Part shown: one piece after another, positions 25,101 through 40,100 of the stretch
How positions within the stretch are numbered: the first letter of the stretch is position 1
Layout of the letters: every line of letters starts with the position of its first letter
From: Pristiophorus japonicus
Taxonomy: Eukaryota
Assembly (NCBI RefSeq): GCF_044704955.1
Contig: NC_091987.1
Location: 68,944,001 to 69,008,000 of the forward strand
DNA length: 64,000 nucleotides
Direction: 5' to 3'
Program-made: the position numbers and the translations under genes
The notes under the pieces: model-generated
Seen by the model: the letters and a program-made list of their open reading frames with translations, nothing else
Told to the model about the DNA's origin: nothing
The model's database searches: none

Positions 25101-28100
25101 AACGCAAATTAAGTATGACCCTCTCATTAGAGATGAAAAAAAAACAGCACATGCTATTAATTTGCAGTAAAAATGGAAAATGCTAGAAATACACGGCAGA
25201 TAGGTCAGAGTCCAAGGACCTGCGCCTGAAAATTAGCTTAACTTTTCCCTTTGCAAACACTAGACTTTGCTGTATATTTCTGGCACATTGTCTTTTTATT
25301 TGACTTTGTCACAGAATCATAGAATGATACGGCACAGAAGGAGGCCGTTTAGGCCATCTTGCTTGTGCTGGCCTTTTGTAAGAGTTATTCAATTAGTCCC
25401 ATTCCCCTGCAATTTCCCCATAGCCCTGCATAGTTTTTCCCTTCACGTATTTATGAAATTCCCTTTTGAAAGTTATTATTGAATCTGCTTCTACCACCCA
25501 TTCAGGCAATACATTCCAGATCATAACAACTCGCTGTGTAAAAAAAAAAAAAAAAAAATTATTTGCATCTCGTCTCTGGTTCTTTTGCCAATTACCTTAA
25601 ATCTGTGTCTTCTGTTTACAGACCCGTCTGCCACTGAAAACCGTTTCTCCTTATTTACTCTATCAAACCCCTTCATGATTATGAATACCTTATTAAATCT
25701 CCCCTTAACCTTTTATGCTCCGAAGAGAACAATCCCAGCTACTCTAGTCTCTCCATGTAACTTAAGTCCCTCATCCCTGGTACCATTCAAGTAAATCTCT
25801 GCGCTCTCTCCAAGGCCTTGATGTTCTTCATAAAGTGTGGTGACCAGAATTGGGCACAATACTCTAGCTATGCCCGAGCAAGTAATTCATAAAGGTTTAG
25901 CATAACTTCTTTGCTTTTGTACTTTATGGGCCCAAATTTGATCAAAGCCAAGTGCTGCCCATAAAGACCGCTAAGATCCTGATGGTACTTTGGGCGGAAG
26001 TTTGGTGAAAAAAATGGAAGAAAAAAATGCCCGGTGGAAAAACTGGACATTACACGGCGATTCGGGGCAGTAGAGGGCGGTAGGTCCGATTCTGAGCGAC
26101 AAATGCAATCCTCGACAAAGTAACGCCGAGGCTGGAGTTGGGCCCAGGGAGGGGGGGATGGGGGGGAGGGGGGAACGCAAAAAAAAAATGTTCCTCAAAT
26201 AAAAATCAAAACATGACAAAACTTTCAGAGGACCCTTTCAAACAAAATCACTGCAAAAGAATTAAAGCGACACATCTCACTAACCTTTTCTTGTAGGTCT
26301 TCATACTTACTGTCCAGGTAAGACCTGCTTCCACGCAGCGGTCTTTTCTCCTGCAGGAGCGGAGGACCGCTCAGATGGATCTCGGACGGGAGGACTTTTT
26401 TCGGTGTTGCATGCCAGCGGACACTCCCCAGCGGTCCTTTCAAACCGCCGGCGTGAGGGCCTCGCCAAACTCGCACGGAGGGGAGGGCGCCAAAAAAATA
26501 GGGAGACCGCCGAGCAGCCAGCGGTAGGGTGATCAATTTCGGGTCCCATGTCTCTATAAAGCCAAGGATCTCGTATGCTTTTTTAACTCCCTTCTCAACA
26601 TATCCAGCCACCTTCAAAGACTTGTGTACGTACACCCCTGATCTCACTGTTCCTGCACCCCCTTTAAAATTATAGCTTTTTGTTTATATTGCGCCTCATT
26701 CTTCCCACCAAAATGCATCTCTTCACACTTCTCTGCGTTAAATTGCATCTGCCATATGTCTGCCCAGTTCGCCAGTCTGTACGTCCTCCTAAAGTCTGTT
26801 ACTAGCCTCCTCACTGTTAATGTGTTTCTCAGTTTTGTGTCATCTGCAAACTTGAAATGATGTCCTGTTTACTTTTTCATGAGATTGTGTTGATGAAAAA
26901 GTCTTTATTGTGCTTCTATGGAACTGTGTCTTAAGTTTAGCTCTTGGTGTGTTTTGGGTTGATGAGAAATTATTAAAATTTATTTAGAAATAATTTTGAT
27001 CTTGACTTGTATGATCTTTTAAGGAGATTATGTAGAAATAGAAACATAAAAACATAGAAACATAGAAAATAGGTGCAGGAGTAGGCCATTCGGCCCTTCT
27101 AGCCTGCACCGCCATTCAATGAGTTCATGGTTGAACATGCAACTTCAGTACCCCATTCCTGCTTTCTCGCCATACCCCTTGATCCCCCTAGTAGTAAGGA
27201 CTTCATCGAACTCCTTTTTGAATATATTTAGTGAATTGGCCTCAACAACTTTCTGTGGTAGAGAATTCCACAGGTTCACCACTCTCTGGGTGAAGAAGTT
27301 TCTCCTCATCTCGGTCCTAAATGGCTTACCCCTTATCCTTAGACTGTGACCCCTGGTTCTGGACTTCCCCAACATTGGGAACATTCTTCCTGCATCTAAC
27401 CTGTCTAAACCCATCTGAATTTTAAACGTTTCTATAGGTCCCCTCTCATTCTTCTGAACTCCAGTGAATACAAGCCCAGTTGATCCAGTCTTTCTTGATA
27501 GGTCAGTCCCGCCATCCCGAGAATCAGTCTGGTGAACCTTCGCTGCACTCCCTCAATAGCAAGAATGTCCTTCCTCAGGTTAGGAGACCAAAACTGTACA
27601 CAATACTCCAGGTGTGGCCTCGCCAAGGCCCTGTACAACTGTAGCAACACCTCCCTGCCCCTGTACTCAAATCCCCTCGCTATGAAGGCCAACATGCCAT
27701 TTGCTTTCTTAACTGCCTGCTGTACCTGCATGCCAACCTTGAATGACTGATGTACCATGACACCCAGGTCTCGTTGCACCTCCCCTTTTCCTAATCTGTC
27801 ACCATTCAAATAATAGTCTGTCTCTCTGTTTTTACCACCAAAGTGGATAACCTCACATTTATCCACATTATACTTCATCTGCCATGCATTTGCCCACTCA
27901 CCTAACCTATCCAAGTCGCTCTGCAGCCTCATAGAGCCTCCTCGCAGCTCTCACTGCCACCCAACTTAGTGTCATCCGCAAATTTGGAGATACTACATTT
28001 AATCCCCTCGTCTAAATCATTAATGTACAATGTAAACAGCTGGGACCCCAGCACAAAACCTTGCGGTACCCCACTAGTCACTGCCTGCCATTCTGAAAAG

Positions 28101-31100
28101 TCCCCATTTACTCCTACTCTTTGCTTCCTGTCTGACAACCAGTTCTCAATCTATGTCAGCACACTACCCCCAATCCCATGTGCTTTAACTTTGCACATTA
28201 ATCTCTTGTGTGGGACCTTGTCGAAAGCCTTCTGAAAGTCCAAATATACCACATCAACTGGTTCTCCCTTGTCCACTCTACTGGAAACATCCTCAAAAAA
28301 TTCCACAAGATTTGTCAAGCATGATTTCCCTTTCACAAATCCATGCTGACTTGGACCTATCATGTCACCTCTTTCCAAATGCGCTGCTATGACATCCTTA
28401 ATAATTGATTCCATCATTTTACCCACTACCGATGTCAGGCTGACTGGTCTATAATTCCCTGTTTTCTCTCTCCCTCCTTTTTTTAAAAAGTGGGGTTACA
28501 TTGGCTACCCTCCACTCGATAGGAACTGATCCAGAGTCAATGGAATGTTGGAAAATGACTGTCAATGCATCCGCTATTTCCAAGGCCACCTCCTTAAGTA
28601 CTCTGGGATGCAGTCCATCAGGCCCTGGGGATTTATCGGCCTTCAATCCCATCAATTTCCCCAACACAATTTCCCGACTAATAAGGATTTCCCTCAGTTC
28701 CTCCTCCTTACTAGACCCTCTGACCCCTTTTACATCCGGAAGGTTGTTTGTGTCCTCCTTAGTGAATACCGAACCAAAGTCCTTGTTCAATTGGTCCGCC
28801 ATTTCTTTGTTCCCAGTTATGACTTCCCCTGATTCTGACTGCAGGGGACCTACGTTTGTCTTTACTAACCTTTTTCTCTTTACATATCTATAGAAACTTT
28901 TGCAATCCGCCTTAATGTTCCCTGCAAGCTTCTTCTCGTACTCCATTTTCCCTGCCCTAATCAAACCCTTTGTCCTCCTCTGCTGAGTTCTAAATTTCTC
29001 CCAGTCCCCGGGTTCGCTGCTATTTCTGGCCAATTTGTATGCCACTTCCTTGGCTTTAATACTATCACTGATTTCCCTTGATAGCCACGGTTGAGCCACC
29101 TTCCCTTTTTTATTTTTACGCCAGACAGGAATGTACAATTGTTGTAGTTCATCCATTCGGTCTCTAAATGTCTGCCATTGCCCATCCACAGTCAACCCCT
29201 TAAGTATCATTCGCCAATCTATCCTAACCAATTCACGCCTCATACCTTCAAAGTTAGCCTTCTTTAAGTTTTGGACCATGGTCTCTGAATTAACTGTTTC
29301 ATTCTCCATCCTAATGCAGAATTCCACCATATTATGGTCACTCTTCCCCAAGGGGCCTCGCACAACGAGATTGCTAATTAATCCCCTCTCATTACACAAC
29401 ACCCAGTCTAAAATGGCCTCCCCCCTAGTTGGTTCTTCGACATATTGGTCTAGAAAACCATCCCTTATGCATTCCAGGAAATCCTCCTCCACCGTATTGC
29501 TTCCAGTTTGGCTAGCCCAATCTATGTGCATATTAAAGTCACCCATTATAACTGCTGCACCTTTATTGCATGCACTCCTAATTTCCTGTTTGATGCCCTC
29601 CCCAACATCACTACTACTGTTTGGAGGTCTGTACACAACTTCCACTAACGTTTTTTGCCCTTTGATGTTCTGCAGCTCTACCCATATAGATTCCACATCA
29701 TCCAAGCTAATGTCCTTCCTAACTATTGCATTAATCTCCTCCTTAACCAGCAATGCTACCCCACCTCCTTTTCCTTTTATTCTATCCTTCCTGAATGTTG
29801 AATACCCCTGGATGTTGAGTTCCCAGCCCTGATCATCCTGGAGCCACGTCTCTGTAATCCCAATCACATCATATTTGTTAACATTTATTTGCACAGTTAA
29901 TTCATCCACCTTATTACGGATGCTCCTTGCATTAAGACACAAAGCCTTGAGGCTTGTTTTTTTAACACCCTTTGTCCTTTTAGAATTTTGCTGTACAGTG
30001 GCCCTTTTTGTTCTTCGCCTTGGGTTTCTCTGCCCTCCACTTTTCCTCATCTCCTTTCTGTCTTTTGCTTTTGTCTCCTTTTTGTTTCCTTCTGTCTCCC
30101 GGCATTGGTTCCCATCCCCCTGCCATATTAGTTTCACTCCTCCCCAACAGCACTAGCAAACACTCCCCCTAGGACATTGGTTCCAGTCCTGCCCAGGTGC
30201 AGACCGTCCGGTTTGTACTGGTCCCACCTCCCCCAGAACCGGTTCCAATGCCCCAGGAATTTGAATCCCTCCCTGCTGCACCAAAACAATAGTCATGTGA
30301 CTGATCATCCACTTTGAAAGATTTTAGTTATGATTTTAAATTGTGTGAATTTTTCTGGATATTATTACTGGATAATGGAATATTTACTACTTGCCAACTA
30401 TTGTTCGTATTCATTACTGCTAGGTCAGGTTTAGGACACCATATACTACTCTGTCTAATATTGCCACTTTAAGAAATTCAATCCCTTATTTTTGCCACGG
30501 TAATTTTTTTTCTGCTTTCAATGCTAGCCATTTTTGTTATGGATGCTGAATGACACAATCAATTTGTGCCAAATTACAAGCAGTTTTGTACTTTAGACCT
30601 CCGACTTCTCGAAACTGAGTTAAGATCGCCCATCTTTTTTTACATGGGCCGCTTATAGCTAGCAAAAAGAGGAAATGTCAGTCGGGTAGATTCAAGTCCA
30701 AGTCCCAGAGGTGAAAGTGGTGTGGTGAACTACTACACTACTGCTTTATAACATAGATGTTCTTTATTAAGGAACAGCCTGCTGGAAAGACATACCGTGC
30801 ACAGTCTGTCAGAAAAGAACTTCTCAGAAGGCCTATTGGCCAGCCATTATTAAGTTGAGCAAGGATCAGTATTACTTCATTCAAGATGCTTATTTTGAGT
30901 CTTCAAGCTTAACTTAATTTATTTTTTGGTTTTTTTTGCATTCTTTATCCCTTTTGCCTAACGTTCACGGTCTAATGTGTGAAACAAACAATGGACTGAA
31001 ATTTAATGAGGAAGGCAGGTTGGGGGTGCGGGGAGCTCCGAGGCAGTCGGGAAACCCGGGAGAATGGGTTTCCCGTAGGCCCTGCTGGATTTAATGGCAG

Positions 31101-34100
31101 GGCATGAATGGGAAGCCGCTGTTACCTAACTGCAGCCAGCCAGCTGGACAGGCTGGCTGGCTCAGAATGGGTAGGCCTGCAGCACGAGGCCACCGAGAGG
31201 AGAGAGGGATCGCGTAGGGGCCGGGAAGAAGGTCGGGGTGGGCGGTGGTGGCCGTGTAGAAGATCGGGGGGGCAGGAGCAGATAGAAGATTGGGGGGTGG
31301 CCAATAGAGGGTCTGAAGGGATCGGCAGCCGGAGGAGCAGCTTTGAAAGTGGATAAGTCCCCAGGCCCAGATAAAATGCATCCCAGGTTCTTGAGCGAAG
31401 GAAGAGAGGAAATAACAGAGGCTTTGACCATCATTTTCCAGTCCTCTTTGGATTCAGGCATGGTACCGGAGGACTGCTAATGTGGTATTCTTGTTTCAGA
31501 AGGGAGAATGGGGACGGCTGAGTAATTACAGGTCTGGTAGCCCAATCTCAGTGTGAGAAAATTATTGGAAAAGGTCCTGAAGGACCGAATAAATCTAAAT
31601 TTAGAAAGGCAATGATTAATCAGGGACAGTCAGCACGGATTTGTTAAGAGAAGGTCATGTCTGACTAACCTGATTGAATTTTTCAAGGAGGTAACCAGGA
31701 GGGTCGATGAGGGTAGTGCAAATGATGCAGTGTATATGGACTTTAGCAAAGCTTTTGATAAGGTCCCACATGGCAGACTGGTCACGAAGGTAAGAGCCCA
31801 TGGGATCCAGGGCAAAGTGACAAGTTGGATCCAAAATTGGCTTAGAGGTAGGAAACAAAAGGTAATGGTCGATGGATGTTTTTGTGACTGAAAGGCTGTT
31901 TTCAGTGGGGTTCCACAGGGCTCAGTACTGGTTCCCTTGCTTTTTGTGATCTAGATTTGAATATAGGGGGTATGATTAAAAAGTTTGCAGATAACACTAA
32001 AATTGGCTGTGTGGTTATTAATGAAGAGGAAAGTCATAGACTGCAGGAGCATATCAATCTACTGGTCAGGAGGGCAGAACAGTGGCAAATGGAATTTAAT
32101 TCGTAGAAGTGTGAGGTAATGCACGGGGAGGGTTAATAAGGAAAGGTTTTACACATTAAACGGTAGGCCACTTAAAAGTGTAGATGAACAAAGGGACCTT
32201 GGAGTGCTTGTCCACAGATCCCTGAAAGTAGCAGGCCAGTGGATAAGGTGGTTAAGAAGGCATATGGAATGCTTGCCTTTATTGGCCGAGGCATAAATAC
32301 GAGAGCAGGAAGGTTATGCTTAAATTGTATAATACACTGGTTAGGCCACAGCTGGAATACTGCGTGCAATTCTGGTTGCCGTATTATAGGAAGGATGTGA
32401 TTGCACTGGAGAGGATGCAGAGGAGATTTATTAGAATGCTGCCTGGAATAGAGAATCTTAGCTATGAGGACAGATTGGATCGGCTGGATTTGTTTTCCTT
32501 GGAACAGAGGAGGCTGAGGGGAGACCTTATTGAGGTGTATAATATTTTGAGGGGCATGGATATAGTGGATAGCAAGGGCCTATTTCCCTTGGTGGAGGGG
32601 TCAATTACGAGGGGGCATAAGTTTAAGGTGGTTGATGGAAGGTTCAGAGGGGATTTGAGGGGAAGCTTCTTCATGCAGAGGCTTGTGGGGGTCTGGAACT
32701 CGTTGCCAGGAAGGGTGATGGAGGCAGAAACCCTCACCACATTTAAAAGGTGCTTGGATGTGCACTTAAAGTGCCGTAACCTGCAGGGTTACGGACCTAG
32801 AGCTGGTAAGTGGGATTAGACTGGATAACCTCTTGTTGGCTGGCACAGACACAATGGTAAGTACATCATAGAATCTGATACGACCAGAGTGATCTCCTGG
32901 ACTAGTTTCGATCGCCTGGATGGGTCGGAGAGGAATTTTCCCAGATTTTTTTCCCCAATTGGCCTGGGTTTTTATCTTTTTTTTGCCTTCCCCAGGAGAT
33001 CGCATGACTCCGGGTGGGGTGGAGTGTAAAATGTTGCAATACATGGGGTATCGCATTTGTGTGGGGCAGACTGGTTGGGCGGATGCTCTTTACCTGTCTA
33101 CCATTGTTCATTGTTCATAGGTTTATATGTAGCCTTCAGGGCTACTGAACGAGGGCCCTGTGACTCTTTGTCGGCCGTCGCGGACATGATGGCCTCCTTC
33201 TGCGCTGTAAATTTCTATGTTTCTATGGGGAGGGCCGAAGGAGCGGGGGGATGTGAGAGGACTCGTGGAGTGATCAGACGCCTGGCGATGATCGAAGGTC
33301 TCATGACGGGGCCGTCTCCAACCGAGGGGGTGGATTAGGCAAGGACACGATGGACCGAAGTGGCCTCCTTCTGTGCTATAAATTTCTATGCTGTAAATTT
33401 CTATGACCCTAGATTTAGAAGGTAAGTGTAAAGGCACTTATCTCCTGGATGCAACAGTCGTTGCCTTGCATTAGCTGGTGGGTTTGACGGGGTGTGCAAA
33501 ACCCGACCAGCTAAAGTTAAATTTAAAACGGAGGTTAAAGCAGAGGCTTTCAGCCGGAAGTGGACGGGTTGAAGGTGGGTCCAGGTTAAGATTTTAACAC
33601 TTTAATTGCATATGTGCCATTGTAGGATTCCTATTGTGTATAATATTCAGTCTTTTATTTAAAAAGTTGGCATATTTTGCATTTTGTTTTCTCTGCTTTC
33701 ATTCAGTAGCTCGAGAGTTTGGCATTGAGTCTGTCAGTGGTGGTCCTTCCTCTTCCCAGAAGGCTTCTCACACTTCAAGCACTGTCCACATCTTATCCTT
33801 GCTGCTCAGGCTTCGACAGTGCTGTTGTCACCTCTCTCTGCTGAAGACGGTAAGAAATGATTGTCCCCCATGTGCATTGAGAACCACATAAAAGACAAAA
33901 GAATGTGCAAATGAACAAATACCACCTTTTAAAATTATAAATATTCACAGCACAAGCATTTCTGAGGCTAGACTGCAAAAAAACTCATTGAAGTTTGTAA
34001 CTTTGTGACCGGGGTGCAAATGGAGGAATCGTAATGAAGTTTAGGCTTTACTTTGTTGGAAACATCAGCTTTGTCCCTTACTTGCAGAGCTCTTGTGGAA

Positions 34101-37100
34101 GACGTGAATATTGTCCCACATGGTAATTGGATCTTAATGTAATACATGGCTGAAGACTGGACTCCGGACTGCATTGATCCAATGAACATCCTTTTTATGA
34201 CGGCATTAGGATGGTTAAAAGATGATCCTTTTCCCATCAGTACAAAGAGCCAGAGAGCAGGGAATTAAAACTGGCTATCTTCTGCCAACACTCAGGTTTA
34301 CATAGCAGGAGAGAAAAGATCACAAAAGCAAATACAGATGGTGGAGGCCATTCAGTCCATCTAGCTTATCTCTTCCACAAAAGAAATCTGCAATTGCATC
34401 GACCAATTTATTTTGGTATGTTACTGTTTTTTAAAATGATGTTTGTCTTGAATTATAGGCTCTCAGTCATACAGAGATGGAATCTGAAGGCATCACCCTC
34501 TCACTGGAGGAGCAGCTGAATGCATTATCATTGTCAGAGGTCACAACCTCTGACACCAAGTCAATCGTTACCCTGAATGGTACCAGCTTCAAAGCAAACC
34601 TGTTTGAAAAGACCAGGAAGAGCACTAAGGTATGTTCGGATGTTTCAGAGCATTAAATTGTGAAATTATTTCATTCCAAATGGAATTTGAGTAAAATTTA
34701 CAATTTTTATTAAGACTTTGTTTTGTTCATGAGCACAGCAAAACAATTGTACATCTTTGGCTTTGGGATGTTTTCTACGTTAATAGCACTGTACATGTTG
34801 TTGTGTCATCACATTCTCAGTGTCCCAAAGTGCCTCACATTCAATGAACTGCACTTGAAGTGTAATCACTGCTATGCAGAGGATCGTGGCAGCCTATTTG
34901 CCCACAGCAGTATTCCTCAAAATGAGATGAATCACCAGATAATCTGTTTAGTGATGTGTTGTTTGAGGAAGGGATATCGGACAAGATACTGGGATTACTC
35001 GCTGCTCTTCGAATAAAGCGAGTCCTTGAATCCACCCAACATTGCACAAGCAATCCTCAAGTATTCATGTGGACCATGTTAAATTTAGATATCAATTACA
35101 TTTATTATGTATGATAAATCAATCCAAATTGAGATTTAAATGGTGGGTAAACACTGTTGAAGTTTGAATAACTTTGCAAAAGATTGCAAGAGAATAATTA
35201 CACAACAACTTGTATTTATATACTGCCTTAATGTAGAAAAACATTCCAAGGTGTAAGCAAAAATAGATTGAGCCAAAGGACAGAAAAGGGTAGGCTTGGA
35301 GGAGGTGACGAGGCAGAGATGGCACCCAGATGACTGAAGGAACATTCCCCAGTGGTAGGGAGGAGGAGGATGTACAAGAGGTTGGAGTCAAAGGAATGTG
35401 GAATTATAAAGCTGAAGAAGGTTACACTGATGGAGAGGGGTGAGGCCATGGAGGGATTCAAATGCAAGGATGGGATGAGAATTTTAAATTTGAGGGGTTG
35501 GGTCACCCATGTAGATCAGCGAGGATGATGGTAGGCTAGCGGGATTTCACGTGGGACAGGATACAGGCATCCGAGTGTAGGGTGAGCTGAAATTTCTGAA
35601 GGATGGAAGGTGGGAGGCTGGCCAGGAGATCATTGGGGTAATTGAGTCGAGGTGAAAAAGGCATGTATGTATGAGGGATTAGGCGAAAGAGGAGCTGGGG
35701 TTGGGATGGAGGTGGATGCTGTTAGAGGTGAGAGTAAGTGGTCTTTGTGATGGAGAGAAGATGGGACTAGAAATTCAGCTCGGAGTCGAACACATTGCTG
35801 AGGTTGCAGTCTGGTTCAGCCTGTGATGGTCGTCAAGGAATGGGAGAGAGTCTGTGGCAAGGGTATGGGGTTAGTGGTGGGTGCCAGTTTTTAGCTGAAG
35901 GAAATTTTGGCTCATCCAAGAGTGAATGCTGGACAAGTGGAGCAGTTGAGAGGTGGTGGGATAAGTTTTATGGAAGATGACTCATGTCTGCAGCTGATGG
36001 CATCAAGGAGCAGCATGTACACAAAAAGGAATAGGGGGCCAAGGATACACCTGGAGGTAATGGTGCAGGGGTGGGAAGAGAAACCATTGCTAGAAATGCT
36101 CTGGCTACAGATATTAAATAAGGAACAATTTATTCTGTGCTTGTTGTAAGCTCAAACATAAATCTTTAAAGGATACATAGTTAATAAATTACTTCAGTCC
36201 ATAAAATAAAGAATTAATGACTTGCTGAAGTTGCCAGCTATGGACCAAAAATGTTTTGGTTGAATAATCCTCTCTTTACATTCTGTTCCTTTTGTTGCCA
36301 GATCTCTGCACTATTAGAGGAACTAAATGCAATAAGAAGTAGCCCAGAACCACAGAAAAGGTACATTTCCAAGAAGGTTTCATTTTTCAGGAAATCTGTT
36401 ATTAGATGGGAAGATGTTTTCTTCAGGTACAATGAAATCTGTCCTTCTTTGTATTTTCTATAAAGCACTGGCTGTGGAAACATTACTGAGTGTAGAGAAG
36501 CTGAAATTACGCACTGTAATTTGCGTTATTGGCCCTGAAATTCCGGTCGGAGGCTTCTTTCGGATGAATGCCTCCGACCCGAGAATTTTTACGAAATTAC
36601 CTGGCGATCCCGGAGGAGCTTACGATTCCAGTGGGGAGGCCTTCTCTTCGTGCTCCCGTCCTCCAGGTTTGAACACAGAAATCAGGTACAGTATTCTCAT
36701 TAATAGCAATGAGAACTCCATTATCTACAAGTTCTCATTGCTATTAATGGAAACAAAACAAACACACTAAACACAACATAAAAAATAAAAAACACACCTC
36801 ACATCATTACAATTAATTGAAATTAAAGTTAATGTGCTAGAAAAAAGATATATTTTTCCGATTTAAAAAAAAAAAAAAGTTTTGTAATTAGGGTTTAAAA
36901 TAAACTTGCCTTAGTGGGCAGGGTTTTTAACATAAAAATGTGTTTTAAAATTTTATTTTTATACGTTTTAAAACTCTTACACTGGTAAAAGTAGGCTATG
37001 TGCCTACTTTTACCAGGCGCAAGAGTTTTAAGAACATTCGCTGGGCAAGAGATGGGCAAATATTGCAATCTTGCCCATGTGAATGTACTTGCTGCCGAGA

Positions 37101-40100
37101 TGCGTGCTATCTGTCAAGCCAGAACTTGACAGATTGGAAAAGCTGGTTTTCCGGCGCATGTGCATCCGAAAACTGACTTTTGCGATGCCTTCCCAGGTCC
37201 GTACGGACCCAGGGGCCGGAATTTCAGTGCCATTAAATAGGGACTAATGCCTGCCAGTGATCTGCGGAGCTGAATTGCTGTAAAATGAAGGGTCAGCTCA
37301 TTTGAATATCTACTAATGGTTCTTGTGTAAAATCCCCAACTATGCTGGTGTTTTTTGGAAATTAGAGTGCAGTTTTTAAAAAGCCATGTCTGGCTAAAAA
37401 CAGCAGGCCAAGGGGAGTAGCAGGTAAGTAGGAAAGTGCTTGGCTCCCTGAGTTCATTGTAAGGTAGCTATATTGGATGGGGGAAAGGAAGAGAAGGGGA
37501 GCCCTCACCCTCTACAAGAAGCATGCCATGGAGATGCTGGGGATGCACCCTGCCCTACCGCTGAGATGATGAGGTTGGTAGTACAGTGTTAGCACCAGAT
37601 TACTGGTTGTACACCTACACAGTGAATTTTTCCCACTTTTCAGTAATGTCTCCACTAGAAGCAAAGACGGCCAAAAAGAAACAAAAGTAGGGCACACAAT
37701 GTCACTGAGATGGACCTTCAAACCCTCCTATTCAGCAAAGAATAGAGAAACTTCTGAGTCTCCATGGGAGGAGAAAAATTTGTCTTGTCATGTCGCCATC
37801 ATCATGGGCAGCCCCTCGAAATCGAGGAAGACTTGCTTCCACTCTAAAAATGAGTCCTTAGGTGGCTGAACAGTCCAATATGAGAGTCACGGGTGGGACA
37901 GACAGTCGTTGTGGAAAAGGGTGGGTGGGACTGGTTTGCCGCACGCTCTTTCCGCTGCCTGCACTTCATTTCTGTATGTTCTCAGCGATGAGACTCGAGG
38001 TGCTCAGCGCACTCCCGGATTTACTTCCTCCACTTTGACCCTGGTTTTTGGCCAGGGACTCCCAGGTGTCAGTGGGGATGTTGCACTTTATCAGGGAGGC
38101 TTTGAGGGTGTCCTTGTAACGTTTCCTCTGCCCACCTTTGCCTCGTTTGCCGTGAAGGAGTTCGGAGTAGAACGCTTGCTTTGGGAGTCTCGTGATTGGC
38201 AAGCGAACAGTGTGGCCTGCCCAGCGGAGCTGATCAAGTGTGGTCAGTGCTTCAATGCTGGGGATGTTGGCCTGGTCGAGGATGCTAATGTTGGTGCGTC
38301 TGTCCTCCCAGGGGATTTGCAAGATCTTGCGGAGACATTGTTGGTGGTATTTCTCCAGCGATTTGAGGTGTCTACTGTACATGGTCCATGTCTCTGAACC
38401 ATGCAGGATGGCGGGTATTACTACAGCCCTGTAGACCATGAGCTTGGTGGCAGATTTGAGGACCTGGTCTTCAAATAATCTTTTCCTCAGGCGGCCGAAG
38501 GTTGCACAGGCGCACTGGAGGCGGTGTTGAATCTCGTTATCAATGTCTGCCTTGTTGATAAGAGGCTCCCAAGATATGGGTAATGGTCCACATTGTCCAG
38601 GGCTGCGCCGTGGATCTTAATGACTGGGGGGAAGTACTGTGCGGCGGGGCAGGTTGTTGGAGGATCTTTGTCTTACGGATGTTTAGCGTAAGGCCCATGC
38701 TTTCGTATGCCTTAGTAAATACGTTGACTCTATGTGCGCAGATGCAGGCATCGTTCATGTACTGTAGCTCGATGACAGAGGTTGGGGTGGTCTAGGACCT
38801 GGCCTGGAGATGACGAAGGTTGAATAGGTTCCCACTGGTTCTGTAGTTTAATTCCACTCCAGCTTGTTGACTGTGAGGTGGAGCATGGCAGTGAGGAAGA
38901 TAGAGAAGAGGGTTGGGGCGATTACGCAGCCCTGTTTGACCCCGGTCCGGATGTGGATTGGGTCTGTAATGGATCAGTTGGTAAGGATCATGGTCTGCAT
39001 GTTGTCGTGGAGCAGGAGGAGGATGGTCACTAACTATGGAGGCATCCGAAACTGAGCTCCATAGACCCTTGCGGTTGACAGTGCCAAAGGCCTTTGTAAA
39101 GTCGAAGAAGGCCATGTATAAGAGCTGGTATTGTTCTCTGCATTTTTCCTGCAGCTGTCGCGCTGTAAAAATCATGTCCGTTGTGCCCCGCAGGGGACGA
39201 AATCCGCACTGTGACTCTGGGCGAAGCTCCTCAGCCACAGGGCGAAGACGGTTGAGGGGGACTCTAGCGATGACTTTCCCAGTGGCTGGTAACGGAGATT
39301 CCTCTGTAGTTGCCGCAGTCGGACTTGTCCCCTTTTGTAAAGATGGTCACGATCACTGCATCTCTGAGATCTCCCAGCATGCTCTCCTCCCTCCAGATGA
39401 GAGAGATGAGGTCATGTATTCACGCCAACAGTGCCTCTCCGCCATACTTCAGTGCCTCAGTAGGGATTCCATCCACTCCCGTAGCCTTGTTGTTCTTGAG
39501 CTGTCTTATGACTTTTTCTACCTCGTGCAGTGTTGGGGTCTCGCTGAGGTGGTGGCGGGTAGCATGCTACGGCAGAGTCTCGATTGAGGAGATCTTCGAA
39601 GTGCTCCTTCCAGCGGGCCCTGACTGCCTCAGTGTCCTTGATGAGTGTTTCCCCATTTTTGGCCAGCAGTGATGAAGAATCCTCGCACATCATGGCTGTC
39701 GGCCAGCTGCTATATCTCCTACGCTTTCTCCATTCACCATCTGTTCTTTAGGTCCCAAGTTTTTTGTTGGACCTCGGCCTTAAGCCATCTGTAATGCTGC
39801 CTTCCTGCTTCTGAGTTGGGTTGTTGATTAAGGCTCAGAAATGCCCTACACTTGTGATCTATTAGCTCTTGGATCTCCTGGTCATTCTCATCAAACTAGT
39901 CCTGGTGTTTCCTGGTTGAGTGACCGAGCGTCTCTTCGCAGGCACTGGTTATGGAAGCCTGGAGGGCAGACAAAGTGCTGTGGTAATCAAGGCATGCCAG
40001 ATTAGCTGTGAGGCGCTGACTGTACAGAGCTCTCTTAGCTGGATCTTTGAGTGCCCCGGCATTGACTTTTTTGCAGCACTGCTTCTGCTGCCCTCGCCGT

